Assembly (NCBI GenBank): GCA_039798665.1
Contig: JBDKFO010000002.1
Span: forward strand, 3,990-67,989
Direction of reading: 5' to 3'
DNA from: Bacteroidota bacterium
GTDB taxonomy: Bacteria > Bacteroidota > Bacteroidia > Flavobacteriales > Flavobacteriaceae
DNA: 64,000 bases
Made by a program: the position numbers and the translations under genes. This document shows positions 41,445 through 50,329 of the stretch, piece by piece. Each line of letters opens with the position of its first letter. The first letter of the stretch is position 1. The notes under the pieces are model-generated. The model had not been told where the DNA came from. It did no database searches and saw only the letters and a list, made by a program, of their open reading frames with translations.

Positions 41445-41690
41445 ATGAAAAAAACAGTATTAACTTTAGGATTGTTTTCATTGATGATGATCTTAACCTC
41501 GTTCACTAGCCCAGAGATAGGGGGAACACAAAGTGCTCCAAGAAAATTCTCTGAACAAAATGATAATTTAGTATTAGAAATTGGAGGAACACAAAGTGCT
41601 CCAAGAAGAATGTTTGAAATTGGAGGAACACAAAGTGCTCCAAGAAAAGTATTTGAAATTGGAGGAACACAAAGCGCTCCAAGAAAATAA
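41445..41690 (+). CDS. Secreted repeat-peptide precursor (4 x EIGGTQSAP-R[K/R]), putative signalling peptide
   Basis: Sec-type signal MKKTVLTLGLFSLMMILTSF; repeats at aa 24-34, 45-55, 58-68 and 71-81; synonymous differences between copies; own terminator. Confidence 0.85.
   Translation: MKKTVLTLGLFSLMMILTSFTSPEIGGTQSAPRKFSEQNDNLVLEIGGTQSAPRRMFEIGGTQSAPRKVFEIGGTQSAPRK
41514..41687 (+). repeat. Four 33-bp coding repeats (last three at a 39-bp period)
   Basis: ga(g/a)at(a/t)gg(g/a)ggaacacaaag(t/c)gctccaagaa(a/g)a at 41514, 41577, 41616 and 41655. Confidence 0.95.
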
Positions 41691-41714
41691 ATAGTTTACC
41701 ACTAGATAATACAG

Positions 41715-41742
41715 AGCTTCCAATTTATTGGAAGCTTTTTTT
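41715..41742 (+). terminator. Terminator after the peptide gene
   Basis: agcttccaa-ttta-ttggaagct-tttttt. Confidence 0.8.
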
Positions 41743-41787
41743 ATTTTATATATTTTACATACTTTAGCCAAAATACATTTTTTGCTG

Positions 41788-43827
41788 TTGAAATATATTT
41801 ATTACATATTATCTGCCTATTTAATTTTTAGTTGTAATAAAACTAATAATTCTAATGCAATTGAAAATAATGCTTCGCTAGATAGTCTTTCAATTTATTT
41901 AGCTAATACTCAAAACGAAAATAAACCAAGTGCTAATCGAATAAAAAGCAGTGATAAAGCATTTAAGTTATTAAAAAGTCAAAAAAACACCTCGTATACA
42001 AGAGAACAACTTTATAATATTGCTAAATTTTATTACGAAAGTAAACTGGATTTTAAATTTAAAAACAGTGTTTTCATTTTAATTGAAAACTCTAAAAAGG
42101 AAAATGATTTCAAATTACTTTCTAAATCATATAATTTATTAGGGAATCATTATATTAATTTAAGTAAAAACGATAGTGCATATTATTATTTGCTGAAATC
42201 AGAGAAACTTTTCATTAAAGAAAAAGACAGTGTTTCATTAGGAAAAAACTATGTTGACAAAGCTTTCGTACAGTTATATGAAAATGATTATTCAGGTTGT
42301 GAACAATCTTCGATTACTGCACTAAATTTTCTTAAAAACAATTCAGACAAACAACTAGAATACGACGCTTATAATTTAATTGGAATTAGCGCCAATGAAT
42401 TAAAGAGTTATGATAATGCTATAGATTACCATAATAAAGCACTCAATATAGTTATCCAGAATAATATAGTTTCAGAATTTCATTATGAAGCTAGTTCAAA
42501 GAACAATATAGGAGTTGTTTATCAAAACATAAATAAACATAAAAAAGCAATTGAAATTTTTCAGAGTGCATTAAAAGAAAAAAATCTCTTAGTTGACAAT
42601 CCAAGCTTATATGCTATTATAACCGATAATTTAGCTTATTCTAAGTTTAAGACAAAAGATTTTAATTCATTACCAGCATTGTTTTATGAATCTTTAAGTA
42701 TTAGAGAAAAATATCAAATGTCTTCAGGTATAATTGCTAATAAAATTCATCTCTCTGAATTTTATTCATTTAAAAATGACACGATAATGTCTCAGAATTT
42801 TGCAATTGAGGCTTTAAAACTTGCAAAAAAAACAAAAATTTCTGGTGACATGTTAGCTTCTTTAAGGCAATTATCACTTGTTGAACACGTAAATTCAGCT
42901 AAATATTCTAAAGAATACATTAAAATCAGTGACAGTATTCAATTGGAGGAGCGTAAATCAAAAGACAAATTTGCACGTATTGCTTTTGAAACTGATGAAA
43001 TTATATTGGAAAAAGACAAATTAGCCGAACAAAATAGAAGCTTGTTGTACTTTTTTGTGGGCACTTTATTTGTAGGGTTATTGCTATTTGTGATTCGAAC
43101 ACAGCGTGCCAAAAACCGAGAATTGGTTTTAAAACAGCAGCAACAAAAAGCCAATGAAGACATCTATAATTTGATGATTTCTCAGCAAGCCACAATTGAA
43201 GAAAGTCGCGAAAAAGAAAAGAAAAGAATTGCACAAGAACTGCATGATGGGGTATTGGGCCGATTGTTTGGTGCCCGATTAAATTTGGATAGTTTAAACC
43301 GATTTACCGACGAGGAAGCCATTGCCAACCGATTTAATTACCTCAATGAACTTAAAAATATTGAGCAGGACATCCGGGAAATCTCACACGATTTGAATCG
43401 CGAAAAATACGTGCTGATTAATAATTTTGTGGCCATTGTGAATAATCTTATTGAAGAACAGAAAAACGCATTCAGTGCTTCGGTGTCTTGTGTAATTGAT
43501 GAAAAAATAAAATGGGATCAAATAGCCAATACGGTTAAAATTAACCTATACCGCATGTTGCAGGAATCGTTACAAAACTGTAATAAGTACGCCAATGCTT
43601 CAAAAATTGAGATCTTATTTGAATTACAGGAAGATTGCATTTATTTTAGCGTAGCGGATAATGGTATTGGATTTGATGTAAAATCAAAGAAAAAGGGGAT
43701 TGGTCTTCAAAATATGATCGCTCGAACCACCGAATGCAATGGGCAACTCGAAGTGATTTCTCAAAAAGGTTCGGGAACAAGCATAAACATTAAGGTACCC
43801 TTAACCGAACAAAAGGCAGAACACTAA
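41788..43827 (+). CDS. TPR-sensor histidine kinase 1 (HisKA_3 + HATPase)
   Basis: Likely TTG start 41788 (MKYIYYILSAYLIFSC, paralleling kinase 2; ORF track starts at 41728). TPR-like helices (AYNLIGISANELKSYDNAIDYHNKAL), one TM segment, H-box RIAQELHDG, LYRMLQESLQN, DNGIGF, GIGLQNM. Confidence 0.9.
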   Translation: MKYIYYILSAYLIFSCNKTNNSNAIENNASLDSLSIYLANTQNENKPSANRIKSSDKAFKLLKSQKNTSYTREQLYNIAKFYYESKLDFKFKNSVFILIENSKKENDFKLLSKSYNLLGNHYINLSKNDSAYYYLLKSEKLFIKEKDSVSLGKNYVDKAFVQLYENDYSGCEQSSITALNFLKNNSDKQLEYDAYNLIGISANELKSYDNAIDYHNKALNIVIQNNIVSEFHYEASSKNNIGVVYQNINKHKKAIEIFQSALKEKNLLVDNPSLYAIITDNLAYSKFKTKDFNSLPALFYESLSIREKYQMSSGIIANKIHLSEFYSFKNDTIMSQNFAIEALKLAKKTKISGDMLASLRQLSLVEHVNSAKYSKEYIKISDSIQLEERKSKDKFARIAFETDEIILEKDKLAEQNRSLLYFFVGTLFVGLLLFVIRTQRAKNRELVLKQQQQKANEDIYNLMISQQATIEESREKEKKRIAQELHDGVLGRLFGARLNLDSLNRFTDEEAIANRFNYLNELKNIEQDIREISHDLNREKYVLINNFVAIVNNLIEEQKNAFSASVSCVIDEKIKWDQIANTVKINLYRMLQESLQNCNKYANASKIEILFELQEDCIYFSVADNGIGFDVKSKKKGIGLQNMIARTTECNGQLEVISQKGSGTSINIKVPLTEQKAEH

Positions 43828-44489
43828 TGGAAAAGGCATTACAAATTTTATTTATAGACGATCATCCTACCATAATTGAAGGGTATAAAAGTATTTTGAA
43901 AGAAAAATACACCGACGATCAGCTCGAAGTTTTCGCAGCGTACAGCAGTGAGTATGGGTATGATAAACTTTTTCATTCCAACCGAGTATATGACATCGTG
44001 GTTTTGGATATTGGATTGCCGGCCTATTTACCCCAAAAAATTGAATCGGGTGAAGACCTAGCTTTTTTGATCCAAAAACATTTTCCTAAAACCAAAATTT
44101 TGATTTCCACCTCGCATTTGGAAGCTTTTATTTTATACAACATTGTAAAAAAAGTAAATCCGGATGGCCTGATGATTAAAAGTGATTTTAAATCGGAAGA
44201 GTTTATTTTGGCTGTGGATAAAGTACTGCAAGGGGAGGTTTATTACAGCCAAACCGTTCGAAATGCCATTAAAGAAGTGGCCGTACAAAACGATGCGCTA
44301 GATTCCATAGACCGCCGTATTGTGTCGCTGCTATCAAAAGGGATTAAAACCAAGAACATCCCCTCGCATTTGGGTATATCATTGAGTGCAGTCGATAAAC
44401 GGAAAGCCCAAATCAAGGACTTTTTCAATATCGTCAAAGGAACAGATGAAGACATTATTCGAGAGGCCACCAAGCGCGGATTAATCTAA
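43827..44489 (+). CDS. Response regulator, NarL/LuxR-like
   Basis: FIDDHP...VLDIGLP (Asp intact)...IKSD; C-terminal HTH; start overlaps the kinase 1 stop (TAATG). Confidence 0.9.
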   Translation: MEKALQILFIDDHPTIIEGYKSILKEKYTDDQLEVFAAYSSEYGYDKLFHSNRVYDIVVLDIGLPAYLPQKIESGEDLAFLIQKHFPKTKILISTSHLEAFILYNIVKKVNPDGLMIKSDFKSEEFILAVDKVLQGEVYYSQTVRNAIKEVAVQNDALDSIDRRIVSLLSKGIKTKNIPSHLGISLSAVDKRKAQIKDFFNIVKGTDEDIIREATKRGLI

Positions 44490-44568
44490 TTTTAACGTTT
44501 ACTGCAGATTTTCTGCATTTTAGGGCTGTATTAGCTTCTTACTTTAGCTCAACATAAAGCCATTACCC

Positions 44569-46578
44569 ATGAAGTATATTTGGATAGGAATAGCCCTGCT
44601 TTTATTTTTTGGATGTAAAAAACAAGAAAACGATATTAGTGAAAGGGAACAAATAAAAACCCTTTTATTAAGCGGTTCAAACAGAAAACTATCTTTTAAA
44701 TCAAGAAATTTTCTTAATGACAAGGTGTACCTTAAATTAAATAATCATAAAAATGATTCTATTAATAGAGAAAATTATTTTGAATTAGCATGGAATTATT
44801 TTACAATTAACGACATTGAAAAATTTAAAAAAATTACTGATGAAGTATTTTTATTAAGTAGGCAGAGTAAAAGTAAAAATCACTTAGCTCAATCAAATAA
44901 TTTGTTAGGTATTTACTATGAAACAAAAAGTATAAATGATAGTGCTTTTTATTATTATCTCAAAGCTGAAAAGATCTATAAAGCTGCAAATTTAGAAAGT
45001 AAATTATGTAGTATATATAGGAATAAAGCACTAGTTCAATACTATGTTAATGATTATTTGAATGCAGAAAAATCATTGGTTGATGCATTAATCATTGCAA
45101 AAAAATACAAACTAACTTACGATATTTTTAAGATTTATTCTTCTTTAGGTATAATATCTTACGATCAAGATGATTTTAATAAAGCAAATGAGTTTTTTGC
45201 TAAAGCTGAAATTATACTTAATGAAAATAGCTCACTATTTGACAACAATGAAATAGCGTTCTCTTGTTGCAATAAAGGGGTTAATTACTTTAGTCAAGGT
45301 AAAATTTTAAATTCTATAACAGAGTTTAATAAAGCATTAATTCTTCCTAACATAAATATAGAATATCCAGATATATACACAAGAGTTCTAGATAATTTAG
45401 CAAAATCATTTTTATATAATTCTTCTTATCAAAATTCTTTTTTGTTATTAAAAGAATCAGAAAAAATCAGAAAAAAATATAAAATTGTTTTTGGCAAAAA
45501 CTTCAACCGTCTTTATCTCTCCCACTATTATGCCGCAATACACAACTTGCCTAAGGCCAATGCCTATGCATTAGAAGCATTGGCCATCTCCAAAAATTTT
45601 AAGGCACCAAAAGACCAATTGCTGTGCTTGAAGCAGCTCATTAAAATCAATCCCCAAAAAGCCCTGCACTACAGCAGTCAGTACATTTCCTTGTCGGACA
45701 GCATGCAAAACATGGAGCGTCAAACGCGCAATAAATTTGCCAAAATTGCCTTTGAAACCGATGAAATTACCAAAGAAAAAGAAGAAGTCGAAGAGCAAAA
45801 CTCCATTATTTTATGGGTGTGCATTGCTATTTTTGTTATTGCGGTTTTGCTGTTTGTAATTGGGAGACAACTATTAAAGCAAAAAGAATTTCGCTTGCAG
45901 CAAGTACAGCAAAAAGCCAACGAAGAAATTTACAACCTGTTGTTGGCCCAACAAAACAAAATTGATTCAGCACGCAATAACGAAAAAGAACGCATATCCA
46001 AAGACCTGCATGACGGGGTGCTCAACCGCTTGGCCTCAACGCGCATGAACCTCGATTCTTTGCATAACCAGCCTAGCTCAGAGAATGTGCAAAAATCAAA
46101 AATCCTGATTGATGGCATCCAAGATGTCGAGAAAGAAATTCGCAACATCTCACATGATTTAAACAAAGAAGTATTTGCCAAATCGGTGAGCTTTGTCAAG
46201 GTAATTAGCACTTTTATGGAAGATCAATTTGAGGCAACGAAAACGCGAAATTTCTTAGAATTTGATGCCAAAATAAACTGGGATCTTATTCCAGGTTTGG
46301 TAAAAATTCATTTATACAGAATTGTACAAGAAGCAGTACACAACATCAATAAACACGCCCGAGCCCAATCGATCATTATAAATTTTTTGGCCATAGATGG
46401 CGGAATTAAATTGGAAATATTTGATGATGGGGTAGGATTTTTGTTAAACAAAAAGAAAAAAGGAATAGGTTTGCAAAACATTTACAGTCGCACCGCCTCC
46501 TGCAATGGAACGGTCTTAATAGAATCGCAAAAAGGAATAGGAACTACCCTTAAATTGTTTGTTCCGTATCAAGAATAA
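44569..46578 (+). CDS. TPR-sensor histidine kinase 2 (HisKA_3 + HATPase)
   Basis: MKYIWIGIALLLFFGC; TPR-like helices; TM segment; H-box RISKDLHDG, LYRIVQEAVHN, DDGVGF, GIGLQNI. Confidence 0.9.
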   Translation: MKYIWIGIALLLFFGCKKQENDISEREQIKTLLLSGSNRKLSFKSRNFLNDKVYLKLNNHKNDSINRENYFELAWNYFTINDIEKFKKITDEVFLLSRQSKSKNHLAQSNNLLGIYYETKSINDSAFYYYLKAEKIYKAANLESKLCSIYRNKALVQYYVNDYLNAEKSLVDALIIAKKYKLTYDIFKIYSSLGIISYDQDDFNKANEFFAKAEIILNENSSLFDNNEIAFSCCNKGVNYFSQGKILNSITEFNKALILPNINIEYPDIYTRVLDNLAKSFLYNSSYQNSFLLLKESEKIRKKYKIVFGKNFNRLYLSHYYAAIHNLPKANAYALEALAISKNFKAPKDQLLCLKQLIKINPQKALHYSSQYISLSDSMQNMERQTRNKFAKIAFETDEITKEKEEVEEQNSIILWVCIAIFVIAVLLFVIGRQLLKQKEFRLQQVQQKANEEIYNLLLAQQNKIDSARNNEKERISKDLHDGVLNRLASTRMNLDSLHNQPSSENVQKSKILIDGIQDVEKEIRNISHDLNKEVFAKSVSFVKVISTFMEDQFEATKTRNFLEFDAKINWDLIPGLVKIHLYRIVQEAVHNINKHARAQSIIINFLAIDGGIKLEIFDDGVGFLLNKKKKGIGLQNIYSRTASCNGTVLIESQKGIGTTLKLFVPYQE

Positions 46579-46591
46579 TAACTACAAAATT

Positions 46592-47263
46592 ATGGCACAA
46601 TTGGTTCGTGTATTAATGGTTGACGACCATCCTTTTATTATTGAAGCGTATAAAAATGCGATTAAAGGCTACAATACCAAGGGGCTATATGAATTTGAGA
46701 TTACCCAAGCCAAAGACTGTAAAACAGGCTATGAAGCCATTATCAACGAAGACAACCCACACTATGACATTGCCTTTTTTGATTTGAGTATGCCCACCTA
46801 CGAAGAAAAAGGGATTCAATCGGGTGAAGATTTGGCTTTGTTGGTCAAAGAACGCCTCCCCGCTTGTAAAATCATCTTGCTCACCATGCATTCGGAGATG
46901 CTCAAAATCAATACCATCATCAAAAACATCAACCCCAATGGGCTTGTGATCAAAAATGATTTAACCTTTGATGAATTGTTGTTGGCTTTTGATAAGATCT
47001 TAAAAGACGAAAATTACTACAGCCAAACGGTTGTGAAATTAGTAAGTCAAATTCCGTTTGATTCCAATGAAATAGATGTGTTTGACAAACAATTATTGTT
47101 TCATTTGTCAAAAGGAGTACCAAACGCCGACTTGGCACAATATGTTCCTCTTGCAGCTGCGGTCATAGAAAAACGCTTGACAAATTTAAAAGCGGTACTC
47201 GAAATTCCCCACGGCACCCACGCCGAATTGGTTCAAGAGGCCAAAAACAAAGGGATCATTTAA
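46592..47263 (+). CDS. Response regulator, NarL/LuxR-like
   Basis: MVDDHP...FFDLSMP (Asp intact)...IKND; degenerate C-terminal HTH; paralogue of 43827-44489. Start ATG 46592. Confidence 0.88.
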   Translation: MAQLVRVLMVDDHPFIIEAYKNAIKGYNTKGLYEFEITQAKDCKTGYEAIINEDNPHYDIAFFDLSMPTYEEKGIQSGEDLALLVKERLPACKIILLTMHSEMLKINTIIKNINPNGLVIKNDLTFDELLLAFDKILKDENYYSQTVVKLVSQIPFDSNEIDVFDKQLLFHLSKGVPNADLAQYVPLAAAVIEKRLTNLKAVLEIPHGTHAELVQEAKNKGII

Positions 47264-47265
47264 GT

Positions 47266-48315
47266 TTATTCTTCAGCCAAGGCATTCCAGCCTCGGGCTT
47301 TTAGCGGTATTTTAGTGTTGGCTCGGGTAATGAGGTGCATGCCTTCAGCGGCTTCAACCATATGTCCAATAATGGTAAAATTGGGATTGCCTTTTAGTTT
47401 GTCAAAATCGTCCATTTTTACCGTAAAGAGCAATTCGTAGTCTTCGCCACCATTGATGGCAACAGTTGTACTGTCCAACTGAAATTCTTCGCACACCGAG
47501 ATCAACTGCGGATCCAGCGGCAATTTATCTTCATACAAATTACAACCCACTGCCGATTGTTTGCACAGGTGTAAAATCTCGCTCGACAACCCATCTGAAA
47601 TGTCAATCATTGAGGTTGGATTTATTTCCAGGGCATGCAACAAGGTGCGCACGTCGGTTCTTGCTTCAGGCTTGAGTTGGCGTTCGATGAGGTAGGAATA
47701 AGCTTCTAGATCGGGTTGCGAATGGGGGTTTACTTGAAACACTTGTTTTTCGCGCTCCAAGACTTGCAAGCCCATATAGGCCGCACCCAAATCGCCACTC
47801 ACCACCAAGAGATCATTTACTTTGGCTCCGTTTCGGTACACCAATTCATCTGCCGAAGCTTCCCCAATCGCGGTGATGCTCAAGATTAATCCTTTTTGAG
47901 ACGAAGTGGTGTCGCCACCAATTACATCTACTTTATACGCTTTGGCAGCCAAGGCAATTCCGGCAAATAATTCTTCCAAGGCCTCCAACGGAAATCGGTT
48001 GGAAACGGCCACCGAAACCGTAATTTGGGTAGGCTTTGCATTCATGGCACAAATGTCAGAAACATTCACCACCACGGCTTTGTAGCCCAAGTGTTTGAGT
48101 GGCATATAGGCCAAATCAAAATGCACGCCTTCAATGAGTAAATCGGTAGAAATTACCGCTTTTTTATCGGCAAAATCCAACACCGCTGCATCGTCGCCTA
48201 TGCCTTTGAGGGTTGACGGTTGCGTAATTTCAAACTGATTTGTCAAGTGATCAATTAAGCCAAATTCGCCCAATTGAGAAAGGCTGGTGCGTGCCGGTGA
48301 TTTATCTTCTAGCAT
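47266..48315 (-). CDS. thiL: Thiamine-monophosphate kinase
   Basis: GEFGLI, GIGDDAA, STDLLIEGVHF, NVSDICAMNA, GGDT, IDISDGL, GGEDYELLFT. Confidence 0.95.
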   Translation of the reverse strand: MLEDKSPARTSLSQLGEFGLIDHLTNQFEITQPSTLKGIGDDAAVLDFADKKAVISTDLLIEGVHFDLAYMPLKHLGYKAVVVNVSDICAMNAKPTQITVSVAVSNRFPLEALEELFAGIALAAKAYKVDVIGGDTTSSQKGLILSITAIGEASADELVYRNGAKVNDLLVVSGDLGAAYMGLQVLEREKQVFQVNPHSQPDLEAYSYLIERQLKPEARTDVRTLLHALEINPTSMIDISDGLSSEILHLCKQSAVGCNLYEDKLPLDPQLISVCEEFQLDSTTVAINGGEDYELLFTVKMDDFDKLKGNPNFTIIGHMVEAAEGMHLITRANTKIPLKARGWNALAEE

Positions 48316-48335
48316 GGAAATATTTGGTAAAAACC

Positions 48336-50132
48336 TTAGTCATTCAATTTCAAAACGGCCATAAACGCTTCTTGCGGAATTTCTACATTCCCCACTTGGC
48401 GCATGCGTTTTTTTCCTTTTTTCTGTTTTTCGAGTAGTTTTCGTTTACGCGAAATATCCCCGCCATAACACTTGGCCGTTACGTCTTTACGCAAAGCTTT
48501 GATGGTTTCGCGGGCAATAATTTTGGCGCCAATGGCCGCCTGAATCGGAATATCAAATTGTTGTCTAGGAATTAATTCGCGCAGTTTTTCGCACATTTTT
48601 TTTCCAATGTTATAGGCATTGTCTTCGTGAATCAAAGCCGACAAGGCATCCACCGATTGGGCGTTGAGCAGTACATCCAACTTTACCAATTTGGACGCAC
48701 GCATACCAATTGGAGAATAATCAAACGAAGCGTAACCTTTGGAAACCGTTTTCAAGCGGTCGTAAAAATCAAATACAATTTCGGCCAAGGGCATATCAAA
48801 ATTCAATTCCACGCGCTCGGTGGTCAAATACGTTTGGTTGGTAATCAAGCCTCTTTTTTCGATACAAAGTGACATCACGTTCCCTACAAAATCGGCTTTG
48901 GTAATGATGGTCGCTTTGATAAACGGTTCTTCTACACGGTCCATACGGGAAGGCTCGGGCAAGTCTGAAGGGTTGTTTACCACAAAACCGTTCTCGGGAT
49001 CTTTTTTGGTGTAGGCCAAATACGATACGTTGGGAACTGTGGTAATCACAGTCATGTTAAACTCGCGTTCCAAGCGTTCTTGGATAATTTCCATGTGCAA
49101 CATGCCCAAGAATCCGCAACGGAATCCAAAGCCCAATGCGGCCGAACTCTCGGCTGTAAAAACTAAAGAGGCGTCGTTGAGTTGCAATTTCTCCATCGAG
49201 TTGCGCAGCTCTTCGTAATCTTCGGTATCCACCGGATAAATCCCAGCAAATACCATGGGTTTTACGTCTTCAAACCCGGTAATCATATTGGTGGTTGGCG
49301 TTTTGGCGTCGGTAATGGTGTCGCCCACTTTTACTTCTTTGGCCTCTTTGATGCCCGAAATCAAGTAGCCCACATCGCCAGCGCCAATACTATTTTTAGG
49401 CACTTGGTTGAGTTTCAAGGTACCCACCTCGTCGGCAAAGTACTCGTTGCCGGTGGCCATGAATTTTATTTTTTGTCCTTTTTTGATTTCGCCATTTTTC
49501 ACGCGAAAGATAACCTCAATCCCGCGAAAAGGATTGTAATGTGAATCAAAAATCAAGGCTTGCAACGGCTCTTGTGGATCGCCTTTTGGTGCCGGAATTT
49601 TCTCAATAATGGCGGCCAAGATATTTTCAACCCCAAACCCGGTTTTCCCCGAGGCATGGATAATGTCTTCTAGTTTACAGCCCAACAAATCAATGATGTC
49701 GTCGCTCACTTCTTCGGGATTCGCGCTAGGCAAATCAACCTTGTTCAAGACCGGAATAATTTCCAAGTCATTTTCCAAGGCCAAATACAAATTCGAGATG
49801 GTTTGCGCCTGAATACTTTGGGCGGCATCTACAATGAGCAAAGCACCTTCGCAGGCAGCAATAGAACGGGAAACTTCATACGAAAAATCGACATGCCCGG
49901 GGGTGTCGATGAGGTTCAAAATATATTCTTCGCCTTTGTACGTGTATTCCATTTGAATCGCGTGACTTTTGATGGTAATCCCGCGCTCACGCTCTAGATC
50001 CATGTTGTCGAGCAATTGGGCTTTTTCTTCGCGCGCCGTTACGGTTTGCGTGGCGCCCAATAGGCGATCGGCCAAGGTGCTTTTTCCGTGATCAATATGG
50101 GCAATAATGCAAAAATTTCGAATGTGTTTCAT
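48336..50132 (-). CDS. lepA: Elongation factor 4
   Basis: [57 protein letters not shown]. Confidence 0.98.
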   Translation of the reverse strand: MKHIRNFCIIAHIDHGKSTLADRLLGATQTVTAREEKAQLLDNMDLERERGITIKSHAIQMEYTYKGEEYILNLIDTPGHVDFSYEVSRSIAACEGALLIVDAAQSIQAQTISNLYLALENDLEIIPVLNKVDLPSANPEEVSDDIIDLLGCKLEDIIHASGKTGFGVENILAAIIEKIPAPKGDPQEPLQALIFDSHYNPFRGIEVIFRVKNGEIKKGQKIKFMATGNEYFADEVGTLKLNQVPKNSIGAGDVGYLISGIKEAKEVKVGDTITDAKTPTTNMITGFEDVKPMVFAGIYPVDTEDYEELRNSMEKLQLNDASLVFTAESSAALGFGFRCGFLGMLHMEIIQERLEREFNMTVITTVPNVSYLAYTKKDPENGFVVNNPSDLPEPSRMDRVEEPFIKATIITKADFVGNVMSLCIEKRGLITNQTYLTTERVELNFDMPLAEIVFDFYDRLKTVSKGYASFDYSPIGMRASKLVKLDVLLNAQSVDALSALIHEDNAYNIGKKMCEKLRELIPRQQFDIPIQAAIGAKIIARETIKALRKDVTAKCYGGDISRKRKLLEKQKKGKKRMRQVGNVEIPQEAFMAVLKLND

Positions 50133-50150
50133 GAGTGTATGCGTGTGTTA

Positions 50151-50227
50151 TTTTGGGCAAATCCCTGCCTTGCATTTCGGGTCGGGCTTTTCGCATTGCG
50201 CGGCAATTTGCTGCAATCCCTTTTGCA
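50151..50227 (+). ncRNA. Degenerate Flavo-1-like structured element in the lepA upstream region
   Basis: gggc..atccc...gggtcgggcttttcgc...gctgcaatccc resembles the flavobacterial GGGCG..CC..GGTCGGGCT.TCCGC..GCAATCCC repeat/RNA motif as I recall it; not verified by search. Confidence 0.35.
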
Positions 50228-50329
50228 TTTAAGCTGCAAATATAAAGCAAACTTTTCATTAATAATTTGGTTTTCCCACAGCCCAAAACAAACCGACAAA
50301 AAAGTGTAATTTTGGCCCAAATTTGAACG

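Noticed and set aside
41514-41687. 33-bp direct repeats as a mini-CRISPR array
   Set aside because: Spacers are 30, 6 and 6 nt, all lengths are multiples of 3, the repeats are in frame in a signal-peptide ORF and vary synonymously, and there are no cas genes.
41445-41690. Precursor as a lanthipeptide or other RiPP/bacteriocin
   Set aside because: No Cys, no double-glycine leader, and no LanB/C/M, radical-SAM, YcaO or peptidase-ABC exporter nearby. Modification in trans cannot be excluded.
41574-41771. 65-aa antisense ORF with WSTLCSSNF repeats (possible Cys-containing RiPP)
   Set aside because: It is the reverse complement of the peptide repeats. It has no leader or modifying enzymes, and the terminator orientation and signal peptide favour the + strand ORF.
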